Below, one piece after another: positions 1-7,961 of a stretch of DNA of 32,534 nucleotides. The stretch comes from Nitrososphaeraceae archaeon (GTDB lineage Archaea > Thermoproteota > Nitrososphaeria > Nitrososphaerales > Nitrososphaeraceae). The translations under genes were made by a program, and so were the position numbers. The stretch is from the NCBI GenBank assembly GCA_044870765.1, contig JBIOZG010000006.1, positions 1 through 32,534 on the forward strand. Direction: 5' to 3'. Within the stretch, counting starts at the first letter, position 1. Each line of letters opens with the position of its first letter. The notes beneath the pieces were generated by a model. It was not told the DNA's origin. It saw nothing but the letters and a program-made list of their open reading frames with translations, and did not search any database.

Positions 1-105
1 GTTTATTGCATATCCTAAAGGAAGATCCAACGCTCTTATAAGAACGTCTCCGAGTTTTCCAACCAAGAGATTAAAATTAGTTGGATTTACCAGGTCTTTT
101 ATCAT
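1..105 (-). CDS. nuoB: NADH-quinone oxidoreductase subunit B, 5' part (runs off window start)
   Basis: Not in the ORF track. Manual translation from ATG at 105 gives MIKDLVNPTNFNLLVGKLGDVLIRALDLPLGYAIN, resembling the thaumarchaeal NuoB N-terminus. It lies directly downstream of nuoA, with a GGAGG Shine-Dalgarno-like motif at 119-123. Confidence 0.85.
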   Translation of the reverse strand, partial: MIKDLVNPTNFNLLVGKLGDVLIRALDLPLGYAIN

Positions 106-172
106 TGGTCTATCTCAGCCTCCAATAGTTCAAATCCATCATATTTAATGCTTAGACGGATTGATTCAAAAA

Positions 173-547
173 CTACCAAATGCCCTTCCTCCCGGAAAGA
201 TAAAGCGCATACGCCATGGCCGAAAACATCACTGCTAGAAAACCGATTATTGGAAGCGTTGCGGAACGTGAAATAGAAAAAAGAGATGCACCCCACGCAT
301 ACAAGAAAATAGAGATGACATCAAAAACCACAAACATCAAGATGTACGAGTAATATTGCATCATAAAATGAGCTCTCCCTTCACCTGAAGGCATTTGACC
401 GCATTCCATTGGCAAAAACTTTACCGGATTATACCGACGCCTCGGCGAGAGCAACTTTGATAAAAACAAGACTGGAACAGAGGCTAGTAGTCCAAAGCCA
501 AGCATGTACATAATAGGCGCAAACTGGGTAACGGTTTCTCCAGCCAA
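173..547 (-). CDS. nuoA: NADH-quinone oxidoreductase subunit A
   Basis: Three hydrophobic helices; K-x-x-P-M-E-C-G loop and YY..ILMFVVFDV..FLYAW motif typical of NuoA/ND3; TTG start. Confidence 0.95.
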   Translation of the reverse strand: MAGETVTQFAPIMYMLGFGLLASVPVLFLSKLLSPRRRYNPVKFLPMECGQMPSGEGRAHFMMQYYSYILMFVVFDVISIFLYAWGASLFSISRSATLPIIGFLAVMFSAMAYALYLSGRKGIW

Positions 548-572
548 GGATAAACTTGCTGTTTTCTAAATC

Positions 573-580
573 ATATAAAA
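573..580 (-). promoter_or_regulatory. Putative TATA box of the nuo operon
   Basis: TTTTATAT on the minus strand about 26 nt upstream of the nuoA start, consistent with a near-leaderless archaeal transcript. Confidence 0.45.
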
Positions 581-594
581 ATCTTGCTTAAGTA

Positions 595-1791
595 CTATTT
601 GTCCAAAATTATACCAAACAGTTGCTTTGCAACAGCATGGGGATGGGTAAGGGCTAATTTCATTAATCTACTAGTTGTAAATTGAGCTTTAACGAAATCA
701 ACAAAATCTTCAGAGCTCATTTTCTGAATAATTTCAACTTCTCTGTCCCAAGTTTCATTATTCATCTTTAACCATCTAGACTGAACCTTAAGTGATGATT
801 TTATTTTAGAGCTCACGCGTTCTTTCCAAAATTTCTCGTACTGCTCTAGCGATTTCCTTGTACATCCTTTTGATAGCGATTTAGCTCCAATGTCGCCTGC
901 GATTCGGCCAAATTCTATTGCAAATCTTATTCCCTCAAGCACAAGGGGGTTTGCTTGACCAGCTGAATCTCCCACAAGTAATAAGCCATCAAATATTGTG
1001 GATTGACGTGAACCTTCATTTGGAATGAACCCATAGTGAAATTCAATCGGTTGGATACTTCCAAGTTCATCTAGTGGTGTGATTTTGCTTTCCATGATTG
1101 AATTTAATTTTTTGATCGGGTCTGAAATTGATTCTGGGCGACCTATACCGGTTCCTATTCTTACACGTTGTTTGGAGATTGGAAAAACCCATGCATAGCC
1201 TGCATCTGAAAATTTGTCTCCAACCATGAGTATCCATGTTTCAGGATCTATCTCATCGCAGTAACATTCGTATTCAACTCCTATTCCATATCTTGCCCAG
1301 TTCTTAGCGTATCCTCCTTTTCTTGCGACGATGCTACTAAATCCACTTGCATCAATAACGAGCTTTGATTCAAATTCTGTTTTTCCCTTAGGCGTATTGG
1401 CCATAATTCCAGTTATCTTATTAGATTGAGATACTACTGATTGTACCTCACTTCTAACCGATATTTCAGCCCCTTCGCCTGCAGCAAGTGTTGCTAAGTA
1501 TTGGTAAGTAGCTCTAACATCTAAGACGCATGATTTTGGTGTCCTTCCTTTAAGAATGATATCTTTTGAAGGAGAGATAATTCTAAAATTCTTTATTGGA
1601 TTGTAGCATTTTTCCGGGATATTAAGTCTTTTCATATCGTCAATCCATGATACCCCGCTGGTTCGAATGTTCTGCGCTATAGAATCATCCTTTTCTAGAA
1701 CAATAGTACTAGCATTATTTCTAGCCGCAGTATATGCAGCAGATAAGCCTGCTGGTCCTCCTCCCACAATGACAATGTCATATTTAGCCAT
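595..1791 (-). CDS. Geranylgeranyl reductase-family FAD-dependent oxidoreductase
   Basis: N-terminal YDIVIVGGGPAG dinucleotide-binding motif, IDASG, GYAWVFP and LLVGDSAGQANPLVLEGI motifs of the GGR family. Confidence 0.88.
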   Translation of the reverse strand: MAKYDIVIVGGGPAGLSAAYTAARNNASTIVLEKDDSIAQNIRTSGVSWIDDMKRLNIPEKCYNPIKNFRIISPSKDIILKGRTPKSCVLDVRATYQYLATLAAGEGAEISVRSEVQSVVSQSNKITGIMANTPKGKTEFESKLVIDASGFSSIVARKGGYAKNWARYGIGVEYECYCDEIDPETWILMVGDKFSDAGYAWVFPISKQRVRIGTGIGRPESISDPIKKLNSIMESKITPLDELGSIQPIEFHYGFIPNEGSRQSTIFDGLLLVGDSAGQANPLVLEGIRFAIEFGRIAGDIGAKSLSKGCTRKSLEQYEKFWKERVSSKIKSSLKVQSRWLKMNNETWDREVEIIQKMSSEDFVDFVKAQFTTSRLMKLALTHPHAVAKQLFGIILDK

Positions 1792-1901
1792 AAAATTCTC
1801 CTACGGTTTAGTTACACGTTTACTAAAATTCTAATAAAAATTATACTAATTTTATACCTCTCAAAAAATAATTAGTCGATTAAACCTTTTATTACACCAT
1901 C

Positions 1902-2417
1902 TTGAAAAAGCAGATACAGGGTAATTTGACAACTGATAAACCAATAAGCTCAGGTGAATTGAAGGAAGGAAATTCAGCACCAGATTTTTCATTTAGGACT
2001 GGGAATCAAGCGATGAAATTATCTGACTTTAAAGAAAGAAAAGTAGTCCTGTATTTTTATCCAAGGGATTTTACTACAGGATGTACAACTGAGGCTTCTG
2101 AATTCACTAGAGATTACGAAAAATTCAGACGCTCCGATATCGAGATAATTGGAGTTAGTCCAGATGGCGAAGAATCACATGAAAAGTTCAAAGACAAGAT
2201 GAATATTCCCTACTATTTAGCGCCCGATGCGGATAACAGTATTTCAAAAAAGTACGGTACTTATGGGCTCAAGAAATTCATGGGTAAGGAGTACATGGGA
2301 ATTAATAGAACAACCTTTTTGATAAATGAAAATGGCATCATTATTAGAATTTTTAATAAGGTAAAACCAATGGGACATAGTTTAGAAGTACTTGAAGCAT
2401 TTGGCATAAAAAAGTAA
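1902..2417 (+). CDS. bcp: Peroxiredoxin, BCP/PrxQ family
   Basis: VVLYFYPRDFTTGCTTEA (PxxxTxxC peroxidatic motif), GVSPD, RTTFLI. The exact start (TTG 1902 or slightly downstream) is uncertain. Confidence 0.93.
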   Translation: MKKQIQGNLTTDKPISSGELKEGNSAPDFSFRTGNQAMKLSDFKERKVVLYFYPRDFTTGCTTEASEFTRDYEKFRRSDIEIIGVSPDGEESHEKFKDKMNIPYYLAPDADNSISKKYGTYGLKKFMGKEYMGINRTTFLINENGIIIRIFNKVKPMGHSLEVLEAFGIKK

Positions 2418-2421
2418 ATTC

Positions 2422-2967
2422 CTAGTATAGATACGAAATCTGGTCATCTATCGCGGACGTAGATGTACCAAGGTATTCTAAAATCCTCTTTAAAGTATCA
2501 AGGTTTTGAGTTTCAGCTTTTCCTCGTTGATAAAGGACCAAGATGGAAGATGTGATAATCAAGGTTTCCTCGGAATTCTTGTTCCACTCTTCAAGATTGT
2601 AGGTGTACCCATATGAGACCTGTGTCTTAATTTCTATTAAAAGTTTATTCAGTTTTAGAAATAATGCAATTATTATCACACGTAATTTTTGTAATGTCAC
2701 TTTGATTCTTTCGGTATCAGAAATTGATGATATTTCATGGCATATCTTGTTTTGATAGTAGTCAAGATTTTTTGCAATACTTACTGATTGTAGTATTGCA
2801 GGAATTTGAGACTGAAGTTGTCGTACATTGACTGAAGCTCTTACAAATAATCCATCGGATTTATTAATCTCAAACATATCCGTTGTAATTCCGTCTTTTG
2901 CAATGATATCAAAGCAGTTTGAATTTTCAATATATCTATGTACTACTGCATGGATTATTTTTGACAT
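2422..2967 (-). CDS. Hypothetical protein (mainly helical C-terminal half)
   Basis: 181-aa ATG ORF filling the gap between bcp and the ferritin-like gene; no recognisable motif. Confidence 0.7.
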   Translation of the reverse strand: MSKIIHAVVHRYIENSNCFDIIAKDGITTDMFEINKSDGLFVRASVNVRQLQSQIPAILQSVSIAKNLDYYQNKICHEISSISDTERIKVTLQKLRVIIIALFLKLNKLLIEIKTQVSYGYTYNLEEWNKNSEETLIITSSILVLYQRGKAETQNLDTLKRILEYLGTSTSAIDDQISYLY

Positions 2968-3004
2968 GAATAGTTTAGATTTACATGATTCTTGTAATTT
3001 GATT

Positions 3005-3430
3005 CTAACTCTGCTGTTGACTAGAACCGGTCACTAGCTCTTCAATATGTTCCAAGATCTTAACATGATGTTCCTCATCAACAATAATGCTTTTGAGCAA
3101 AGATTTAGTTTCTAGATCGTCAGCAAGTGAAACGCATTTTAGTAACAAATCCTTCGATTCTTTTTCTTCCTCAATTGACTTGATAATTCCTTGTTTTGTC
3201 AGATTCAAGCTACTGCTGGCTCCTTCAATTGCTGACATCATTGTAGAAATATATTCAATGTGTCGCAATCCATCATCGAGTAATTTGTGTATATAGTTTC
3301 GTATTATACTATTTTTCGTTCTACTCAATACCGACATGTAGTGATTCATTTCTTTCATTTCTGCTTCATGTTGCGATTTAAGCAAAGAATAGAGATCTTG
3401 CTTTCTTCTTAAGAGTGAATCATTATTCAA
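3005..3430 (-). CDS. Ferritin-like/rubrerythrin-like four-helix-bundle protein
   Basis: Two helix pairs: HEAEMKE...DDGLRH and IEEEKES...DEEHH. TTG at 3430 is preferred over GTG at 3439 because a Shine-Dalgarno-like AAGGTGAT overlaps the GTG. Confidence 0.72.
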   Translation of the reverse strand: MNNDSLLRRKQDLYSLLKSQHEAEMKEMNHYMSVLSRTKNSIIRNYIHKLLDDGLRHIEYISTMMSAIEGASSSLNLTKQGIIKSIEEEKESKDLLLKCVSLADDLETKSLLKSIIVDEEHHVKILEHIEELVTGSSQQQS

Positions 3431-3679
3431 TACGATCACCTTTACAGTAATTGATAAAAAATTTTTGCAATTAGATTAGTAAAACCTGAAATTATTTAAA
3501 TATGATAAATCTAGAAAACACTAGAGTTTTGAGCATACCGAACTATGCAATTGTAAATGTCATATCAAATATGGACACAAATCGATTTGTGAATAGTTAT
3601 TGAAAACCAAAGACATCACCTTACTACAAAATATTAAGAAAATTTTCCTGATTTAATATTTTGTCTTTATTTAAGTATA

Positions 3680-3764
3680 TGCGGGAGATGGGATTTGAAC
3701 CCACGAACCCCTAAGGGATAAGAACCTCAATCTTACGCCGTTGACCAAGCTGGGCGACTCCCGC
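3680..3764 (-). tRNA. tRNA-Leu (anticodon GAG), intronless, CCA not encoded
   Basis: Reverse complement GCGGGAGTCGCCCAGCTTGGTCAACGGCG TAAGA-TTGAGGT-TCTTA TCCCTTAGGGGTTC GTGGGTTCAAATCCCAT CTCCCGCA folds as a cloverleaf with a long variable arm. Confidence 0.96.
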
Positions 3765-3834
3765 ATAGATTTAGCGGTTCCGAAATCGCTAATTTGAATA
3801 TTTGCTATATAAACGCTAGACCAAAAATAAATGG

Positions 3835-3843
3835 TTTTTATAA
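3835..3843 (+). promoter_or_regulatory. Putative TATA box of the rpoN superoperon
   Basis: TTTTTATAA centred about 26 nt upstream of the rpoN ATG, preceded by an A-rich BRE-like stretch; suggests a leaderless mRNA. Confidence 0.5.
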
Positions 3844-3865
3844 GCCATACTAAGATAAAAAATCA

Positions 3866-4102
3866 ATGCTTATACCCATAAGATGCTTTACCTGTGGAAA
3901 TGTAATTGCAAACAAATACGGCGAGTATTCTAGTCGAATTAAGGCTGGAGAAGATCCCGCGGAGGTTATGGACTCACTAAATATTAAGCGGTACTGCTGC
4001 AGGAGAATGTTTGTCTCATCTGTTGAAACGATATATCAGGTAATACCGTATTACGAAGCATTACGAAGACGTATGTCAGAAATTGAGTCAGAAATAGATT
4101 AA
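3866..4102 (+). CDS. rpoN: DNA-directed RNA polymerase subunit N (Rpo10)
   Basis: MLIPIRCFTCG and RYCCRRM zinc-binding signature. Confidence 0.98.
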   Translation: MLIPIRCFTCGNVIANKYGEYSSRIKAGEDPAEVMDSLNIKRYCCRRMFVSSVETIYQVIPYYEALRRRMSEIESEID

Positions 4103-4114
4103 GTTCGATGAAGC

Positions 4115-5362
4115 ATGCCTTTAATTTCATCGTTGAAGGGAAGAATAGTCTATAACAGCAGAGGATCAAAATCCATAGAGATAGATGTAATATCAGATAA
4201 TAAATTTCTGGGTAGAGCGTGCGCTCCTTCAGGTGCTAGCGTAGGAAGCCATGAAGTGCCGAGCTTTTTAGACAATGATCCCGAATTGACGCTTCGCACT
4301 TTTAATTCAAAAATCTCCAAATTCATCGGAGTTGAATCATCCAATCCAAGAATTATCACAGAAATCCTAAGATCTATAGATAATTCTGGTAATTTCAGTA
4401 AAATAGGTGGCTCTGTGGCATATGGACTGAGTATTGCTGCTGCCGCATCTGCTTCATTATCGCTGAATATGCCCCTTTTCGAAATGCTCAACAGAAAAGG
4501 GCCTTTTCGGTTTCCCTACCCTCTGGGAAATGTAGTTGGAGGAGGATCCCATGCAGGCCCTGGCACACCTGATATTCAGGAAGTACTTGTTTGTCCAATT
4601 GGAGCAAGGAGCATCATGGAAGCACTAGAGATGAATTTCAACATACACAAGGAGGTTAGAGTTTTGTTGGAAAAAATAGACAATAGATTTACCTATGGCA
4701 GGGGTGACGAAGGAGCTTGGGCGCCCAACTTGAATAATGACGAAGCAGTATCTGTCGTCGCTGAGGCAATAGAAAACTCTGACTTGAAACTTGGAAAAGA
4801 GGTCGGATTGGGTATTGATTTTGCAAGTTCCTCACTATGGGATTCTAAAAAGAACCATTACAATTATGCAAGACAAGGACTTGTTAGGAATACTGAAGAG
4901 CAGATTGATTTTGTCGATGATTTGATTAAGAATTACCATTTAATTTATGCAGAAGATCCAATTCACGAAGATGATTTTGAAAGCATGGCACAGATAACTG
5001 AAAAAAATAAGAATTGTCTTGTTACAGGCGATGATATGCTTGTTACGAATGCCCAAAGAGTTATTGAAGCTAGCAAATATGGTGCGTGTAGCGGTGCTAT
5101 TTTAAAAGTTAATCAAGCTGGAACCTTAAATGATGCTTTGGACTTTGCAGAAAGTTGCGCCAAAAATAATATCAAAATAATCACTTCGCATAGATCTGGT
5201 GAATCAGTTGACGCACATATAGCCCACATTGCACTCGCAACATCCTCGAAAATGATAAAAACAGGAATTGTTGGTGGCGAACGGGTATCCAAATTGAATG
5301 AACTTCTAAGACTTTCAGAGTATGATTTAATAAAAGGCATGATGGATTTGTCATTCAACTAA
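4115..5362 (+). CDS. eno: Enolase (phosphopyruvate hydratase)
   Basis: NSRG, APSGASVG, GDEGA, EDP, GDD, LKVNQAG, SHRSGES and IKTG motifs. Confidence 0.96.
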   Translation: MPLISSLKGRIVYNSRGSKSIEIDVISDNKFLGRACAPSGASVGSHEVPSFLDNDPELTLRTFNSKISKFIGVESSNPRIITEILRSIDNSGNFSKIGGSVAYGLSIAAAASASLSLNMPLFEMLNRKGPFRFPYPLGNVVGGGSHAGPGTPDIQEVLVCPIGARSIMEALEMNFNIHKEVRVLLEKIDNRFTYGRGDEGAWAPNLNNDEAVSVVAEAIENSDLKLGKEVGLGIDFASSSLWDSKKNHYNYARQGLVRNTEEQIDFVDDLIKNYHLIYAEDPIHEDDFESMAQITEKNKNCLVTGDDMLVTNAQRVIEASKYGACSGAILKVNQAGTLNDALDFAESCAKNNIKIITSHRSGESVDAHIAHIALATSSKMIKTGIVGGERVSKLNELLRLSEYDLIKGMMDLSFN

Positions 5363-5363
5363 A

Positions 5364-6089
5364 ATGGCAAGTGCAAATCAAGAAGAAAATGCAGACGATT
5401 CTGTATCGGAATCTAAGAATCAATCAACCGAAGACACCTCTAGCCAATCGTTCGTGGAAGCGGGGGAAGAAAATCAGGAAATTGAGAATGATAACCTAGA
5501 GAAAATGATACTTTCAACAGGAATACGTGTAGGAACTCCTGTAAAGACTAAATTTATGTCACCCTTTATTGTTCGAGCAAATCCAGAAGGCCTTTACATC
5601 TTAGATATTAGCAAGACCCTTACCAGGATTGACGTAGCTGCAAAGTTTATTGGAAGAGCAGACATTTCAAAAATTATAGTTACGTCGGCCAGAGAATATG
5701 GGAAAACACCGGTGCAAAAGTTTTGTGAGGCGACAGGAGCTTCTGGGATTATAGGACGTTTCATGCCGGGAACATTTACCAATCCATCACTTTCAAGCTA
5801 TATGGAGCCACAAGTAGTCATTGTCACAGATCCCCAAGCGGATCAGCAAGCCGTACTTGAGGCGACTAGGGCTGGAGTTCCGGTTGTCGCAATTGCAAAT
5901 AGTGATAATGTTACTTCTAACGTCGATCTAGTAATACCAGCAAATAACAGAGGAAGAAAGGCTCTTGCAACAGTATACTGGCTTCTTACAAGAGAGGTAT
6001 TGAAGAAGCAGGGGAAAATCAAGTCCGACGCTGAGATGAAGATTTCAATTGATGACTTTGAGACCAAATTAGTCGAAGAGATATCTTGA
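5364..6089 (+). CDS. rpsB: 30S ribosomal protein S2 (uS2)
   Basis: GRFMPGTFTNP, VTDP..D.QAV.EA and DLVIPANNRG motifs of archaeal uS2; acidic N-terminal extension. Confidence 0.97.
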   Translation: MASANQEENADDSVSESKNQSTEDTSSQSFVEAGEENQEIENDNLEKMILSTGIRVGTPVKTKFMSPFIVRANPEGLYILDISKTLTRIDVAAKFIGRADISKIIVTSAREYGKTPVQKFCEATGASGIIGRFMPGTFTNPSLSSYMEPQVVIVTDPQADQQAVLEATRAGVPVVAIANSDNVTSNVDLVIPANNRGRKALATVYWLLTREVLKKQGKIKSDAEMKISIDDFETKLVEEIS

Positions 6090-6928
6090 GTACGCACGTA
6101 AGAGAAGCTGCTGTCTCTGGTATATTCTACCCAAAAAACTCAAACGAACTTAATCTCAATATTGGATCGCTATTTAAGGATTCAAAATTTGGTCCAGGAA
6201 AGTTACCTCCGTCTATTAATACTGAAAAGATATATGGAATGGTCTGCCCTCATGCTGGATACATGTATTCCGGTGCAGTGGCTGCGAACGGTTTCTACGA
6301 ACTTTCGTCAACAAAATTTGAATCTGTAATAATACTTGGTCCGAACCATTACGGTTTAGGAAGTGATGTAGCAATAATGAATAGAGGCTCCTGGAAAACT
6401 CCCCTTGGCGAGATAGAAATAGACTCTGAGTTAGCTCAAGAAATATACCAAAATTGCGGCGTGGCTAATTTTGATGAATTAGCCCATTCCAGAGATCATT
6501 GCATTGAAGTTCAAATCCCATTCCTCCAATACATACGAAAAGAAATCAAAATAGTCCCAATCATCTTAATTAATCAGGGCAAGAGCATGTGTAGAAAACT
6601 AGGAATGGGAATTTATGATTCCATAAAGAAACGAAATATTATACCTATAGCTTCGTCCGATTTAACACACTACGAACCGAATACACAGGCATATGAAAAA
6701 GATAAACTCTTAATTTCTGCAATCCTATCACTTGATATTGAAAAATTTTATTCAATTTTGATTTCATTTAATGTAACTGCATGTGGATATGGTGCCATTG
6801 CCACCGTTATGGAGATATCAAAAAAAATGGGGGCAACTAAAGGTAAGTTGTTAAAGTATGCCACAAGTGGTGACGTGGCAGGAGATAATAAATCCGTGGT
6901 AGGGTATTCATCAATACTATTTGTATGA
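6086..6928 (+). CDS. MEMO1-family protein (AmmeMemoRadiSam system protein B-like)
   Basis: REAAVSGIFYP, PHAGYMYSG, GPNH, DHCIEVQIPFLQ, SSDLTHY, CGYG and VVGY motifs. The TTG start overlaps the rpsB stop (TTGA). Confidence 0.93.
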   Translation: MSTHVREAAVSGIFYPKNSNELNLNIGSLFKDSKFGPGKLPPSINTEKIYGMVCPHAGYMYSGAVAANGFYELSSTKFESVIILGPNHYGLGSDVAIMNRGSWKTPLGEIEIDSELAQEIYQNCGVANFDELAHSRDHCIEVQIPFLQYIRKEIKIVPIILINQGKSMCRKLGMGIYDSIKKRNIIPIASSDLTHYEPNTQAYEKDKLLISAILSLDIEKFYSILISFNVTACGYGAIATVMEISKKMGATKGKLLKYATSGDVAGDNKSVVGYSSILFV

Positions 6929-7911
6929 GCAACAGCATAAACAAGGCTGTATCGTCAGCCCCAGCAAAGGTAATACTCTTTGGAGAACATTTTGTTGTAT
7001 ACAATAATCCTGCTATAGTCGCAGCAATTAACAAACGAATTCATGTATATGCACAAACTAACAGCAAGTTACATATTAATATTAAATCGGGGGAAAATTC
7101 GATTTGTATACTAACGAAAGGTAACGCGGATCTCGTTTCGATTCGTGACAAAGACATGTCATTTCTATATCCAATCTTCAAGTGTGTGTCACATGTTTTA
7201 TCTGAGAAGAATAAATCCAATATTGGTATTGATCTGGATATTGATTCTCAAATTCCCTATGGAGAAGGTCTAGGATCATCAGCAGCTTCATGCGTGGCGA
7301 CGGTTGCAGCACTCTATTCCTTATTTTCAGGCAACAACAGATATCAGGTTTATGAAACTTCAAAGCTCATGGAACAAAACATACACAAGAATTCATCTGG
7401 AGTAGATTGTTACGTTTGTACTTTCGGAGGAATTATAAATTATGAGCCAGACAAGGGATTTAGCAATATTAGGTCCAAAAAGAAATTTACTCTATTAATT
7501 GGGACTACCGGAGTAAAACATTCAACGGGAGAAGTTGTGTCGCAGGTTAAGGAATTCAGAGAGAAAAATTCAAGCCAATTTAAGGATCTTTCTCTAAAAG
7601 CCAATGTGATCTATAAGAGAGCAGTGAATTCTATGCTAGAAGGAAACGAATCGGAACTTGGACAAATGTTTACAGAAAATCAGAAATTATTGTCCACGCT
7701 GGGTGTATCGCATCCTAAAATTGAAAAAATGATTGATGTTTGTCTCGATAGTGGGGCGTTGGGGGCAAAATTGACGGGCGCTGGAAGAGGAGGAGCAATA
7801 ATTGCGCTATTACCACAAGATAAAAGCACGGAGATACTAGCCAAAATATCTAAAAGCCCTGGCAAATGGATGCTTGTTGAATTTGATTATAATGGCGTAA
7901 TAGTAAGTTGA
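6925..7911 (+). CDS. mvk: Mevalonate kinase
   Basis: SAPAKVILFGEHFVVY, GHMP motif PYGEGLGSSAA, SGVD and GAKLTGAGRGG; ATGA overlap with the Memo gene. Confidence 0.95.
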   Translation: MSNSINKAVSSAPAKVILFGEHFVVYNNPAIVAAINKRIHVYAQTNSKLHINIKSGENSICILTKGNADLVSIRDKDMSFLYPIFKCVSHVLSEKNKSNIGIDLDIDSQIPYGEGLGSSAASCVATVAALYSLFSGNNRYQVYETSKLMEQNIHKNSSGVDCYVCTFGGIINYEPDKGFSNIRSKKKFTLLIGTTGVKHSTGEVVSQVKEFREKNSSQFKDLSLKANVIYKRAVNSMLEGNESELGQMFTENQKLLSTLGVSHPKIEKMIDVCLDSGALGAKLTGAGRGGAIIALLPQDKSTEILAKISKSPGKWMLVEFDYNGVIVS

Positions 7912-7961
7912 TTTTGGTTTCAATGTTAAAATTTAAATTTTCTTAAGAAAACCTAACCTTA

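Noticed and set aside
102-296. 64-aa ORF overlapping nuoA in another frame
   Set aside because: Overlaps nuoA and the nuoB ribosome-binding region; no protein-like features.
4150-6097. Antisense ORFs inside eno and rpsB (4150-4491, 5113-5358, 5594-5782, 5843-6097)
   Set aside because: Shadow frames of well-supported genes with no motifs. The same applies to the other short ORFs nested in mvk, fni, gltX, the radical SAM gene, glyS, the CHRD gene and the sugar dehydrogenase.
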